NCBI GenBank assembly: GCA_963764165.1
Contig: CAVXRD010000004.1
Coordinates: 544,001-608,000, forward strand
From: an uncultured Verrucomicrobiae bacterium
GTDB lineage: Bacteria > Verrucomicrobiota > Verrucomicrobiia > Limisphaerales > Palsa-1400
DNA: 64,000 bases
Direction: 5' to 3'
The translations under genes and the position numbers were made by a program. This document shows positions 33,167 to 43,365 of the stretch, one piece after another (the stretch's first letter is position 1; each line of letters begins with the position of its first letter). Under the pieces are notes generated by a model that saw only the letters and a program-made list of their open reading frames with translations, made no database searches and was not told the origin of the DNA.

Positions 33167-33895
33167 TCACTCAGGAAATTCCGCGTTGGAATAAATTTCT
33201 TTGACGTCATCGTGCTCTTCGAGAAGGTCGATGAGCCGGGTCGTCTCCTCAACCGCCTTGCCCGCCGCCACCGGGACGGTGATGGTCGGAATCCATGTGA
33301 CTTCCGCCGCCGCCGGCTTGATGCCTTTGGCTTCGATTGCTTTATTGACGATCTCAAAATGCGCGGGGTCGGTGAGAACTTCGTAGCCCTCGGGTCTCGC
33401 TTGGAAATCATCCGCGCCAGCTTCCAGGGCGGCTTCCATGACCGCATCTTCGGCTGCCGAATCGCGCGTGACAATAATCTGCCCCTTGCGCTGGAACAAA
33501 CGGCTGACGGATCCGGCGGTGGCAATGGCGCCTCCATTCTTGGTCATGATGCTGCGAATTTCCGCCGCGGTGCGATTGCGATTGTCCGTGCTCAGTTCCA
33601 CCAGCATGGCCACGCCATGCGGCCCGTAAACTTCGTAGGTTAAATCTTCGTAATTGATGGAATTGTCGCCGCCCGCGCCGCGCTTCATGGCGCGCTCGAT
33701 ATTATCGTTGGGCATATTGGCCGCGCGGCACTTGAGCAGCACCATGCGCAAGCGCGGATTCATGGCCGCATCCGGCCCGGCCAGCTTGGTGGCGATGGCG
33801 ATTTCCTTGCTTAGCTTGGCAAAAATTTTGGCCCGTTTGGCATCGATGGCACCCTTGAAGTGCTTGACCTTGGCCCATTTGCTATGTCCTGCCAT
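33167..33895 (-). CDS. yebC: YebC/PmpR (TACO1) family protein
   Basis: MAGHSKWAKVKHFKG, NPRLR and TDNRNRT motifs. Confidence 0.95.
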   Translation of the reverse strand: MAGHSKWAKVKHFKGAIDAKRAKIFAKLSKEIAIATKLAGPDAAMNPRLRMVLLKCRAANMPNDNIERAMKRGAGGDNSINYEDLTYEVYGPHGVAMLVELSTDNRNRTAAEIRSIMTKNGGAIATAGSVSRLFQRKGQIIVTRDSAAEDAVMEAALEAGADDFQARPEGYEVLTDPAHFEIVNKAIEAKGIKPAAAEVTWIPTITVPVAAGKAVEETTRLIDLLEEHDDVKEIYSNAEFPE

Positions 33896-33922
33896 AATTA
33901 TAAATCTGCTTGCGGCGCCCGC

Positions 33923-34261
33923 TTAGCGGAGGGCTTCAACTTGCACCGCGGTGCCGTAGCACAAAACCTCCGTGATGCCCGGCATGATTTCCGTGGCATC
34001 GTAGCGCACGCCGATGACGGCGTTGGCGCCGAGCTTGCTGGCGTGCGTGATCATGTCGCGAAATGCGTCGTCGCGCGCACGCTCGCACAATTCCGTGTAA
34101 ATCGTAATATTGCCGCCAAAAAGGCTTTGGACGCCAGCCGCAAAATTCCCAACCACCGAGCGAGAGCGGACAACGATGCCGCGCACCACGCCGAAGTTCC
34201 TGACCGCTTTATATCCCGGGATTTCAAACGCCGTCGTTGTAAACGGATGCGTTTCGCTCAT
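33923..34261 (-). CDS. YbjQ/UPF0145 family protein
   Basis: [12 protein letters not shown]...[11 protein letters not shown]...YGTAV. Confidence 0.9.
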   Translation of the reverse strand: MSETHPFTTTAFEIPGYKAVRNFGVVRGIVVRSRSVVGNFAAGVQSLFGGNITIYTELCERARDDAFRDMITHASKLGANAVIGVRYDATEIMPGITEVLCYGTAVQVEALR

Positions 34262-34386
34262 GGCACGATTGAACACCATCGCGCGAACCCGCGCAAGCCC
34301 CGAGCCGCCCATGACGCGAGACAATTATAATTATTTAATCCGCGCATTCCCACGCGATGGCGGAAAATCCGCCCTCCGACTTTTTA

Positions 34387-35979
34387 CTAAGGCAACTGAA
34401 CTTTGAGCACAGCCGTGGAGCTGACGACGGATCCCGCGGCATTGCGAACCAGCACGCGGTAATCTCCCTTCTCCTTTGTCGTAAGGCCGGTGATTGAGCA
34501 AGTGGAATTCGTCTGATTGTGGATCGATGCGCCGTTGTGTTCCCACTGATAGTGAAGTGGGGCCGTGCCGGCCGCCTCGACTGAAAACGTGACTGTGGAC
34601 CCGTAAGGCGCGTTGGTGCTCTCAGGCGGCGTCACAATGCGCGGCGGCACGATAACGGAGAGAACCGCAGCGTCGCTGGCAACGGAAGAAACGGCGTTCG
34701 TCACCGTCACCGCGTAGGCCCCCGCTTCGGACACCTGAATCTTTGTCAATGCGAGCGATGCTTTGGTCGCCCCCGCGATGTTCGTGCCATCAAACTGCCA
34801 CTGGTAACGCAGCGGAGCAGTCCCGGTGGCATGGGTGCTGAGCGTCACGGTTCTGCCCTCGATCCCATTCTGCGTTAACGGCTGCTTCGTGATTTTCACC
34901 GGAGTATCAACAGTCACGCGGGCATTCGTGCTGGCAACCGAACCGCCCGGGCCTGACGCTTCCACATAATACTCGCCGGCCTTGGCGGCGGAAGCGGCGA
35001 TCTCATACGTGTCGTTCGTTGCGCCAGCGATTTTGCGCTTGTTGAAGAACCACTGGTATTTGGTCGCATCGAGGACGGAAGCGGACAAGGAAACGAGCGA
35101 TCCAACGGCAACAGTTTCATTTGCGGGGCCAGCAATGATGCTGGGGGCGAAATTACTGATGGCGCTTTCCGCGAGTTGAGCCACCAAACCATGAGCCTTG
35201 GTCGTCGGATGAATGACATCCCAAAAAAGATAATCCGCGCCGGGCCCGTCAAACCCGGGATTGCTGAACGCATCCAGCGCGTCGGCGTCAACCACGGTGA
35301 AGCCGTACTCGGACGGATGGGCCGAGATGTTGTCCACCAGCGTGAAATCGTCGACCCAGGCGATTCGCGCATTCGGATATTTTTTGGCCACAGCTTTCAT
35401 GGCTGCGGCGAGATCATTATTGAAATCGCCCACCAGCCCGCGAATCACCGAAGCCTCGGGCGCGAGCAAAATATTCGTCTTGACAACTGGCAACTGGCTC
35501 AAATCGGGAAGATTGGGAACCACAATGAAACGAGCGCCCGCCTTCGCCAGCGTGGCAACGGCGTTGCTGACATTGGCCACGCCGGTGTCGATCGTGGCAC
35601 CCCAGGCGATGGGGCTCGTTCCATCGGCCTCGGCGTTATCAATAAAATCATTTCCGCCGGACCATACGGTGAAGACAGTATTCGTGTAATCCCAAGAATA
35701 CGAAAGCGCTGTCGCGACCTGCCCGTCCAGAGCCGAGGTTTCGCTGCCGGAATAGGCGAAATCGCAGAGCGTCGCGCCAAAATTCGTCGCGAGATATTCG
35801 TCCCAGAGGGGGCCATTGCTGTAGCGCCCCTCCCAGTAATCGCCCGTGGCGGGATTGTTGGTGGTGTCGGAAAGGCTGTCGCCAAAGCTCACAACAGCCC
35901 CGTACGGGTGGGCGGACGCCGTTGAGGCCGACAGCAAGATTGCGAACAAAACGACGGTTAATTTGGATGAAGCGAGCAC
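34387..35979 (-). CDS. Secreted SGNH/GDSL hydrolase with three C-terminal Ig-like domains
   Basis: FGDSLSD, GRYSNG, GGND and FWDVIHPT blocks; YQW..NG Ig repeats. Confidence 0.9.
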   Translation of the reverse strand: MLASSKLTVVLFAILLSASTASAHPYGAVVSFGDSLSDTTNNPATGDYWEGRYSNGPLWDEYLATNFGATLCDFAYSGSETSALDGQVATALSYSWDYTNTVFTVWSGGNDFIDNAEADGTSPIAWGATIDTGVANVSNAVATLAKAGARFIVVPNLPDLSQLPVVKTNILLAPEASVIRGLVGDFNNDLAAAMKAVAKKYPNARIAWVDDFTLVDNISAHPSEYGFTVVDADALDAFSNPGFDGPGADYLFWDVIHPTTKAHGLVAQLAESAISNFAPSIIAGPANETVAVGSLVSLSASVLDATKYQWFFNKRKIAGATNDTYEIAASAAKAGEYYVEASGPGGSVASTNARVTVDTPVKITKQPLTQNGIEGRTVTLSTHATGTAPLRYQWQFDGTNIAGATKASLALTKIQVSEAGAYAVTVTNAVSSVASDAAVLSVIVPPRIVTPPESTNAPYGSTVTFSVEAAGTAPLHYQWEHNGASIHNQTNSTCSITGLTTKEKGDYRVLVRNAAGSVVSSTAVLKVQLP

Positions 35980-36095
35980 GCCAGCATCATGTCGGGTTCA
36001 CCGGTCACTGGCTAGAAAAAATGAGCGCCCCTGGATGCTGCGCCTGTGATTAATAGCGGGTATGGCGGATATGAGATTGCGGCCGATTCACATTC

Positions 36096-36210
36096 AGCGG
36101 CTGAGTTCGAAGGAGCGAAGCGACGAAGAATCAGCCGCAGCGCGCCACGATCAACGGGTGCGCCTTCGCTTCACCGTGCTGCGACTGGTCTGCGACACAG
36201 TCGCGCTCCG
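36096..36210. repeat. Degenerate family-2 REP doublet
   Basis: The right arm gctgcgactggtctgcgacacagtcgcgctccg resembles 40941-40972; the left arm has an expanded loop. Confidence 0.65.
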
Positions 36211-36243
36211 CCTAAAGTTCTGCGGTTTCTCGCCCACTCCCAG

Positions 36244-36915
36244 TCACACCTTGTCCCTCCCTTTCTCGATCCGGCGCAGGGCTTTGTCCTGTTTTGCGAT
36301 TTCCATGCGCAGCAAATCCTCGGCGGACCAGCCGTTCGATTGCGCTTCGCGGGCAAGCTCGAACAGCAGTGCGCCAATTTCAGATTTCGTCCGGCGCTTT
36401 GATTTTGCGGCTGCGGTTTCGACGAGCTTCGCTTTGCGCGCTTTTTTCATCAGCTTCTCCGCCCGCATGAGCGCCGGAAGATGGCGCGGAATTCCGTCCA
36501 GCGCGGACGGGCGGGCGTGCCGCGTGCCGTGTTTCTCGGCGGCTTTGATTTTCTCCCAATTGGCCCAAACTTCATCGACGTTCTTCACTTTGACATCGCC
36601 GAACACGTGCGGATGGCGGCGGATAAGTTTATCAGCGATCCGGCGTGTGACTGCCTCGAAATCAAAGACGCCGCGTTCGCTGGCTAGCTGACAATGAAAC
36701 ACAACTTGCAATAGCAAATCGCCCAACTCCTCCGCCATTTCGTGATCGTCGCCTGCTTCGATGGAATCGATCAGTTCGTAAACCTCCTCCACGGCGTGGT
36801 AGCGGAGCGACTGATGGTCCTGCTCGCGGTCCCACGGGCAGCCGTCGGGCGCGCGCAATTTGGCCATGATGGCCAGCAAATCAACAATGGCGGGATTCGT
36901 ATTTTTTTTCTTCAC
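36244..36915 (-). CDS. mazG: MazG-family nucleoside triphosphate pyrophosphohydrolase
   Basis: LRAPDGCPWDREQ, EEVYE, EELGDLLLQVVFH and KLIRRHPHVF; GTG start overlaps the proB stop. Confidence 0.92.
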   Translation of the reverse strand: MKKKNTNPAIVDLLAIMAKLRAPDGCPWDREQDHQSLRYHAVEEVYELIDSIEAGDDHEMAEELGDLLLQVVFHCQLASERGVFDFEAVTRRIADKLIRRHPHVFGDVKVKNVDEVWANWEKIKAAEKHGTRHARPSALDGIPRHLPALMRAEKLMKKARKAKLVETAAAKSKRRTKSEIGALLFELAREAQSNGWSAEDLLRMEIAKQDKALRRIEKGRDKV

Positions 36916-37982
36916 AGGATGACAAGGTTGTCGCGATGCACCAGGACGCCCTCCAGAGTTTTCGATTTGACAGCATCGGAATCGAAATCGCACATGCCGC
37001 GCGCGAATTCCGTTCCGTTTCGGTCGCAAATCCGCACGACGTCGCCGGCGCCAAAATCGCCTTCGCAACGCGAAAGGCCCGGCGTGAGCAGGCTTTTGCC
37101 ATTTTCGCGCAAGGCGGAACGCGCGCCATCGTCAACAATGAGAGTTCCTTTGGCGTGATGAAAAAAGGCTATCCAGCGTTTCCGCCCCGCCAGCTTGGAA
37201 GGCTGCGCGACGAAGATGGTCCCCTCCTCTTCACCGGCCACCACTCGGGCCAGGGCGGCTTCCTTGCGCCCGGACGCAATAACCAGCGGAATGCCCGCCC
37301 GCATGACAATCCTGGCGGCCTGCAGCTTTGAGGTCATGCCGCCGACGGACGTTTCGCTGTCCGTCCCGCCGGCCAGCGCTTCGACCGCCTCCAAATTCTC
37401 AACCGCGCCGATGATTCGTTGGTTGGGGGCGCCGAAATTCTCCAGCAAACCGTCCACCGAAGTCAGGATGACCAGCACATCGGCCGGCAGCAGGCAGGCG
37501 ACAAGCGCGGAAAGTTTGTCGTTGTCGCCGAATTTAATTTCGGTGAACGAAGTGGCGTCGTTTTCGTTGATGATCGGGATGACGCCGTGCTGCAAAAGAG
37601 TCACGAGAGTGCTGCGGGCGTTGAGATGGCGTTCGTGATGTTCCAAGTCATCGTGCGTCAACAATACCTGGGCCACACAAAAACCCGCCTCGGCGAACAG
37701 CTTCTCGTAGATCGTCATCAGGCGCGGCTGCCCGACCGCCGCGCACGCCTGCAACTCGGAAAGTTGAGACGGCCTTTTGGCGTGTCCAAGAACGCCCATC
37801 CCCGCCCCCACTGCCCCGGAACTGACGAGCACAACCTGTTTGCCCTGCGAGCGGACGGCGGCGATTTGGGCTGTCAAACGGCCGATTTGGGACAAATCCG
37901 GCTGCTTACGGCTATCCGTCAGGATGCCGGTTCCCAATTTAATTATGATGCGACTTGCGCTTTTTACTGAAGCTCTGTGCAT
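36912..37982 (-). CDS. proB: Glutamate 5-kinase
   Basis: IIKLGT, VSSGAV, IPIINEND, FGDNDKLSA and GGMTSKL motifs; PUA domain. Confidence 0.96.
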   Translation of the reverse strand: MHRASVKSASRIIIKLGTGILTDSRKQPDLSQIGRLTAQIAAVRSQGKQVVLVSSGAVGAGMGVLGHAKRPSQLSELQACAAVGQPRLMTIYEKLFAEAGFCVAQVLLTHDDLEHHERHLNARSTLVTLLQHGVIPIINENDATSFTEIKFGDNDKLSALVACLLPADVLVILTSVDGLLENFGAPNQRIIGAVENLEAVEALAGGTDSETSVGGMTSKLQAARIVMRAGIPLVIASGRKEAALARVVAGEEEGTIFVAQPSKLAGRKRWIAFFHHAKGTLIVDDGARSALRENGKSLLTPGLSRCEGDFGAGDVVRICDRNGTEFARGMCDFDSDAVKSKTLEGVLVHRDNLVIL

Positions 37983-38046
37983 ATAATAGCCGATAAGGAT
38001 GGAGGAAGCGCGCCAACTTACAAAGAGAAAAGACTTGCCAGACAGC

Positions 38047-38466
38047 ATGGAAACTCCCACAAAAAAGGGAATGGAACAGGCCGAACCGAAGAAGAAGACT
38101 ATTCTTGTCGTGGAAGACGAGCCCACTCTTCGCGCCCTGGTCCGCAAAGTATTGGAGCGCAGCGGCTACGACGTTATCGAGTCTTCCTCCGGCCTGGCCG
38201 CCCTGGAACTTTGGACGCGCACCAAGCCGCAGGTGGATCTTTTATTGACCGACATGGTGATGCCGGACGGCATCTCCGGAATGCAACTGGCCGAGAAGCT
38301 CAAAGCGCAAAATCCCAAGCTTAAAGTCATTTTCACAACCGGCTACAGCGCCGAACTAATGGGAAACAACTTCGAGATCAAGGAAGGGCTCAATTTCCTG
38401 CAAAAGCCCTATCCCCCCCAGCGCCTCGTGCAAACGGTTAAGAACGGGCTGGCGTCGGAGGAGTAG
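38047..38466 (+). CDS. Stand-alone response regulator receiver protein
   Basis: ILVVEDE, DLLLTDMVMP and FLQKPY motifs. Confidence 0.9.
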   Translation: METPTKKGMEQAEPKKKTILVVEDEPTLRALVRKVLERSGYDVIESSSGLAALELWTRTKPQVDLLLTDMVMPDGISGMQLAEKLKAQNPKLKVIFTTGYSAELMGNNFEIKEGLNFLQKPYPPQRLVQTVKNGLASEE

Positions 38467-38485
38467 CGCACTGCCTGCTCTTGAA

Positions 38486-39070
38486 TGGTAGGGACGCCTC
38501 GCCGAGGCGTCCGGGGTGAGGCAGGATTCGGAAAAAGAGGTTGACAGATTCCCCGATGAGTCACTTTTTTGCCCAATTGAGTAAACCCAAACGTGAAACA
38601 CTGCCACACCACGTTCCTCTATGGGTCGATCCCCAGAAAGAGGTTCATTTTATTACCATCGCGTGCCAGCAAAGAGGCTTAAGTGAACTGACCAAACCAG
38701 AAGTTGCCCATGCACTGCTCGACACCGTAAGGCTCCGCAACGAAAAATACATTTGGTTCGCGCACGTTTTTCTTTTGATGCCCGATCACGTTCATGCGTT
38801 GGCCTCATTTCCGCCCTCGGGAAACACAGTCCAACAAACCATCACGTTCTGGAAACGCTGGACGGCTCGGCAAATGGGAATCGAGTGGCAACGTGATTTC
38901 TTCGAGCACAGGCTGAGGTCTGATGAAAGTCGGCGCGAGAAGGCGGATTATATTTTGGCGAATCCTGTGAGAAAAGGGCTCGTTTCTGACGCATCCAAGT
39001 GGCCGTTTGTATTTATGCCTAATCCGTTGTAGCGCCTCACCCCGGACGCCTCGGCGAGGCGTCCCTACCA
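38486..39070 (+). mobile_element. REPtron: RAYT gene framed by perfect 37-bp inverted REPs
   Basis: 38486-38522 (tggtagggacgcctcgccgaggcgtccggggtgaggc) is the exact reverse complement of 39034-39070. Confidence 0.9.
38556..39032 (+). CDS. REP-associated tyrosine transposase (HUH/Y1 family)
   Basis: RETLPH, HFITI, LMPDHVH (HUH), WQRDFFEHRLR and YILANPVRKGL (catalytic Tyr); start codon uncertain. Confidence 0.92.
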   Translation: MSHFFAQLSKPKRETLPHHVPLWVDPQKEVHFITIACQQRGLSELTKPEVAHALLDTVRLRNEKYIWFAHVFLLMPDHVHALASFPPSGNTVQQTITFWKRWTARQMGIEWQRDFFEHRLRSDESRREKADYILANPVRKGLVSDASKWPFVFMPNPL

Positions 39071-39142
39071 GTCTTTCCCACGGCTGCGTTTAATTTCGAT
39101 TTCACGCTTTAGCGGCGCGCGAGCGATGGCTACCTTGTCTTC

Positions 39143-39679
39143 GTGAGCGAGGCCCGCACTATGCACAATCTAGCCTTGGCCGGTTTTATGGGAACCGGCA
39201 AATCCGCCGTTGGCCGGCTGGCGGCGGAGCACCTTCGCTTCGATTTTATTGACACGGATGATTGGATCGAACGCGAAACCGGCAAAGCCATTCCCGAGAT
39301 TTTCGCCGCCCACGGCGAACCTGCCTTCCGTCAATACGAGCGCGCGGCCGTCGAGGCGCTGCGCAAGTGCCGAAACACCGTCATCGCCACCGGCGGCGGA
39401 TTGGTCGTCGATCCCGCCAATATGGCCGATCTCAAAACGCACGCGCTGGTGGTCTGCCTTTGGGCTTCGCCGGAGAAAATTTGGGAGCGCGTGCGCTCGC
39501 AGACACACCGCCCGCTGCTCCAATCGCCCGATCCGCTGGGCCGGATTCGCGCCTTGCTGGAACAGCGCCGCCCGGCTTATCAGCAGGCGGATGTCCTGGT
39601 CCATACCGGCTGCCGCTCGGCCAGGGAAGTGGCCCACCAGATTATCCACCAATTCCAAATGGCGCGAAAGAAGCCGTGA
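39143..39679 (+). CDS. aroK: Shikimate kinase
   Basis: GFMGTGKS, FIDTD, IATGGG and RPLL motifs. Confidence 0.95.
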   Translation: MSEARTMHNLALAGFMGTGKSAVGRLAAEHLRFDFIDTDDWIERETGKAIPEIFAAHGEPAFRQYERAAVEALRKCRNTVIATGGGLVVDPANMADLKTHALVVCLWASPEKIWERVRSQTHRPLLQSPDPLGRIRALLEQRRPAYQQADVLVHTGCRSAREVAHQIIHQFQMARKKP

Positions 39680-40713
39680 AATCCGCCATCCGCCACAAGG
39701 CTCTTGAACTGGGCTTTGACGATTGCCGCTTCACCACGGCGCATTCGCCGGAACATGCGGATCATTTCCAGCGTTGGCTGCAAAACGGTTCGCATGGCCA
39801 GATGGAGTATCTGGCCCGCAACGCCCATAAACGCGTTGATCCAAATCAGGTGCTCCCCAACGCCAAAAGCATCATCACGCTGGCGGCCAGCTATGCGGCG
39901 GAATCCCGCCCCGTCGCTGCAAACGGCGCGGTGAAAGGCGTCATCGCGCGTTACGCCAGATATGCGGATTATCATGATGTTCTGGGCGCGCGGCTCAAAG
40001 ATCTCGCGGAATTTATCAGCGCCTTCGGCTCACGAACAAAATCCTTGTGGTATGTCGATACCGGGCCCCTGCTCGAACGCGATCTGGCGCAGCGTTCTGG
40101 CCTGGGATTCACCGGGAAACATACCAATCTCATCAGCAGGAAACTGGGAAATTGGATATTTTTGGCGGAAATTATAACCACGCTGGAGCTTGAGGCCGAC
40201 ACGCCGGAAAGGAATCGTTGCGGTTCGTGCGAACGCTGCATTCCGGCCTGCCCAACGGCGGCGATTACCGCGCCTTTCCAATTGGACGCCCGCCGCTGCA
40301 TTTCCTACCTCACGATCGAATTGAAGGGCGCAATTCCCGAAGAATTTCGGCCATTGATCGGCAATCGAATTTATGGCTGCGACGATTGCCTCGCCGCGTG
40401 TCCGTGGAACCGCTTCGCTCAGGACGGGGCGTTGATGGGCGCACATTTCCGCCGCGATTTGGAATCGCCGGATTTGCTGGAATTGCTGGCGCTTGATGAT
40501 GCGCAATTCGCCGAGCGCTTCGCCGGCACGCCCATCCGCCGGACGAAGCGCCGGGGATTCCTGAGAAACGTCTGCGTCGCGCTGGGGAACATCGGCGATG
40601 AGGCCGCGCTGCCCGCTTTGCAACGCGCGGCGCAGGATCCTGAACCGCTCATTGTCGAACATGCCCGTTGGGCCATGGCGCAAATTGAGTCCCGGCGAAA
40701 CAGTCCCGCCTGA
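39676..40713 (+). CDS. queG: tRNA epoxyqueuosine reductase
   Basis: IARYA..DYH, YVDTGPLLERDLA, CGSCERCIPACPT and YGCDDCLAACPWN; GTG start overlaps the aroK stop. Confidence 0.95.
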   Translation: MKSAIRHKALELGFDDCRFTTAHSPEHADHFQRWLQNGSHGQMEYLARNAHKRVDPNQVLPNAKSIITLAASYAAESRPVAANGAVKGVIARYARYADYHDVLGARLKDLAEFISAFGSRTKSLWYVDTGPLLERDLAQRSGLGFTGKHTNLISRKLGNWIFLAEIITTLELEADTPERNRCGSCERCIPACPTAAITAPFQLDARRCISYLTIELKGAIPEEFRPLIGNRIYGCDDCLAACPWNRFAQDGALMGAHFRRDLESPDLLELLALDDAQFAERFAGTPIRRTKRRGFLRNVCVALGNIGDEAALPALQRAAQDPEPLIVEHARWAMAQIESRRNSPA

Positions 40714-40787
40714 CGTTCGCTCTATATAGCGACTGCTGCGCGGTGAAATTCTATGCGACGAGTGTGTCACGCACGCAGGCCGACAGC

Positions 40788-40972
40788 CGGAGCGCGGCTG
40801 TGTCGAAGACCAGCCGCAGCAGCTTCGAAACAAGTGGCGTGTCGGGAAGAGACCGTGACTCGCCAGTCGCAGTTCTGAGGTTTTTAAATGTTTGTCGACG
40901 ATCGCTGCCACAAGATTCGTTTTCGGTTGTTTGAGCGTTTCTGCGGCTGGTCTTCGACACAGCCGCGCTCCG
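40788..40972. repeat. Family-2 REP doublet (perfect 32-bp inverted repeat)
   Basis: cggagcgcggctgtgtcgaagaccagccgcag (40788-40819) and its exact reverse complement (40941-40972). Confidence 0.9.
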
Positions 40973-40994
40973 AAGCAGAGCCAACCGGCCTTTT

Positions 40995-41771
40995 TTATTG
41001 AGGCGGGCTAAGGGGCAGCGGGCGCGGCGCTGGCGGCAGGTCCGTAGGCAGTTGGAACATTTCGGTGTGGCCGTCCATGTAAACGGCCTGCTTGCCGGTC
41101 TTGGGCGGGTTCGGATGAAAATCGTCGTAGTCCAGCATCATCACCGTCGCGCTGGCGGAGCGGACTATATTTGACTGGAAAAAATTGGTGAAAGCGGGCG
41201 AGGCGATGACACCGTTAATCTTGACGGATTCTCCCAAGTCGATTTTCTGCCCGTTCAAGCGGGGATTCCATCGATAGCTCGAGCCCTCAACTTCAAAGAA
41301 GTAATCGTTGTCGCGCGGACATTTGAAAATCGCGGAACTTGCGTTGGTATCGTTTTTTCCGGCGAACGGACCGAGCGCCGCGCTGATGCGGGGAAAGTGC
41401 ATGCGCGGAAAGTCAGGCGCGCTGGGAAACGGCTCCACTTGGGGAAGGACGCCATTGTTGTCGCCTGCGTAAAGGCGCGCCGCCACTCCGAGTTGACGGA
41501 GATTACTAAAGCATGTCGTGTCGTTGGCCTTGATCTTCGCCTTGCTTAACAAGGGCAACAATAGCGCCGCCAGTATTCCAATGACTACAATCACCACCAG
41601 CAACTCGACGAGAGTCAAGGCCGCTTCCGCCGCACGCAGCCGTTCAAAGGCAGGGACGCATCGCCGAGGCGTCCGCTTGCGCGTGAATATCTCCTCACCC
41701 CGGACGCCTCGGCGAGGCGTCCCTACCTCAATTTGATTCGCGCGCCGTCTGGATGATAAACAAATTTTCAT
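40995..41771 (-). CDS. Prepilin-type N-terminal cleavage/methylation protein with H-X-DG motif
   Basis: [32 protein letters not shown] and [17 protein letters not shown]. Confidence 0.9.
   Translation of the reverse strand: MKICLSSRRRANQIEVGTPRRGVRGEEIFTRKRTPRRCVPAFERLRAAEAALTLVELLVVIVVIGILAALLLPLLSKAKIKANDTTCFSNLRQLGVAARLYAGDNNGVLPQVEPFPSAPDFPRMHFPRISAALGPFAGKNDTNASSAIFKCPRDNDYFFEVEGSSYRWNPRLNGQKIDLGESVKINGVIASPAFTNFFQSNIVRSASATVMMLDYDDFHPNPPKTGKQAVYMDGHTEMFQLPTDLPPAPRPLPLSPPQ
41646..41728. repeat. REPIN (family 1) inside the prepilin leader coding region
   Basis: ggcagggacgcatcgccgaggcgtccg ... ccggacgcctcggcgaggcgtccctacc. Confidence 0.9.
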
Positions 41772-41781
41772 ATTGACTGGA

Positions 41782-43365
41782 TTAATTTCCCGCCTGTTTT
41801 CGTTTGTACGCTTCGACGGCTGCCGCATGGGCGTCGCGCTCATCGGCATTCATCTCGAATACGCCGGGGCGCTGCGGCGCCATGGTAACCTGGTCTTCTT
41901 GCTCGTGGTGAGTCAAACCAAGGCTGGATCCTTCCACTGGAGATTTGCGCAGAGAATAAATTTTCACCCAGCTCGCTCCGATCTCCTTGGCGATGCGCGC
42001 GGCATTTTCAGGGGTGGCTTCTTCTGGTGACTTGGGGTGGATCTTTGCGACGAGATCCGTCTCCGCCAGCAGGCATTCAGGGACCAATGCGCCATCCGCC
42101 TCGCCCGCCGCCATGGCATTGGCGACGGTCTTCTTTTCGGCCAAATCATCGTCTTCCACACCGGAATTTCTTTCATCCAGCCACTTTCCGGTGGCGTCCG
42201 GGCCGAGTTCCACCATCACGGTGACGATGGTTGGATCCGGTCGCATCACCATGAAAGCCGAGCCATGCGCCATCGGGCCGTGCGGAACAAAAATGCACTG
42301 TGCCTCATGCGGGGCGCGGCTCAGATTCGTCCAGCCGGCGTCCGATAGCGAAAGACCGTCGGCTAGCCCGCTCTTTAGTTTCTCCAACGCGCTCTTTGAA
42401 TCGTAAATCGCATAATCCACCGTCCAGTAACCGCTCGCGCGAAAACAAATTCGGTCCAGCGCCTGGGGCAAGGTGTAATTCTTCAAGTAAATGGCCGACG
42501 GCAGAGCCAGCCGCTTGTCAAAAACAATAACCGCCCCGCTCTGCTTCTCCAATTGGCCGACGATGCCGCCGACTGAGTTGTTCTCCGCCTTGATGGCAAT
42601 CAATCCGCCCGCCGCCAAAAAGAAACCCGCGCCGATCACCGCCACCGCCTTTGAATTCGACCATCCCAGCCATTTGAAGGCGCCCTTGGCAGACGCGCCG
42701 GCGAATCCGTGACCGGACGCGGCTTTCGCAATGGCGGCGGTCGCGATGGCCGCCGACAAACCCGCAGGCGCGGCCTGAGCCATGTTGGATGACAGAGCCG
42801 CCGTCAGCGCGGCAGACGGCGTGGCCAATCCCTGCCGGGCAAAAATCGCGCGCAACCGTTCCACCGCGCGGGAGACGCGCGCCTTGGCGGCGTCCTCGCT
42901 GATGCCGAGGAGGCCCGCAATCTCGCGATGGCTTTTGTTTTGGAAAAAGCGGATGAGCAGCGCATCGCGGTCGGGCTGGGAAAGTTTATCCAGCGCTTCA
43001 TAAAGATGCGGCGCAATAAGTTCCCATAGCGAATCGCCCTGGTCGGGGCGCAAAGATTCGGACACGGCGGCCTCCTGTTCGTAGAATTTGCGGCGCGCTT
43101 CGGCTCGCGCCAGGTTCATGGCGGCGAATCGGGTGGCCTCAAAAATCCAGCCCGAAAGCGTCGCGTCGCGGGAGATGGTTTTGGCCTTGCGCGCCAGCGC
43201 GATGAAGACGGCCTGGGCGATTTCCTCCGAAAGGCTTGGGTTGCCGCAGCGGTTCAGGGCGGCGTGATACGCCAGACCGGCGTAGCGGTCCACCAAGGCG
43301 CGGAACGCTTCTTCGGAATTCCGCTCGGCGTAATCGTTCAGTAATTGCCAGTCATCCATTTCCAT
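41782..43365 (-). CDS. ECF-type sigma-70 factor with long C-terminal extension
   Basis: DDWQLL...[18 protein letters not shown] and [17 protein letters not shown]; followed by an Ala-rich linker, a TM segment and an extracytoplasmic domain. Confidence 0.9.
   Translation of the reverse strand: MEMDDWQLLNDYAERNSEEAFRALVDRYAGLAYHAALNRCGNPSLSEEIAQAVFIALARKAKTISRDATLSGWIFEATRFAAMNLARAEARRKFYEQEAAVSESLRPDQGDSLWELIAPHLYEALDKLSQPDRDALLIRFFQNKSHREIAGLLGISEDAAKARVSRAVERLRAIFARQGLATPSAALTAALSSNMAQAAPAGLSAAIATAAIAKAASGHGFAGASAKGAFKWLGWSNSKAVAVIGAGFFLAAGGLIAIKAENNSVGGIVGQLEKQSGAVIVFDKRLALPSAIYLKNYTLPQALDRICFRASGYWTVDYAIYDSKSALEKLKSGLADGLSLSDAGWTNLSRAPHEAQCIFVPHGPMAHGSAFMVMRPDPTIVTVMVELGPDATGKWLDERNSGVEDDDLAEKKTVANAMAAGEADGALVPECLLAETDLVAKIHPKSPEEATPENAARIAKEIGASWVKIYSLRKSPVEGSSLGLTHHEQEDQVTMAPQRPGVFEMNADERDAHAAAVEAYKRKQAGN

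Noticed and set aside
38556..39032. IS200/IS605 insertion sequence
   Set aside because: There is no tnpB; the ends are identical inverted GTAG-REPs and the WQ/NPV motifs are RAYT-like.
39262..39675. N-terminal extensions of queG (also mazG, proB, pgsA and 28505..30349)
   Set aside because: Most overlap neighbouring genes in another frame, and downstream starts fit family lengths and stop/start overlaps.
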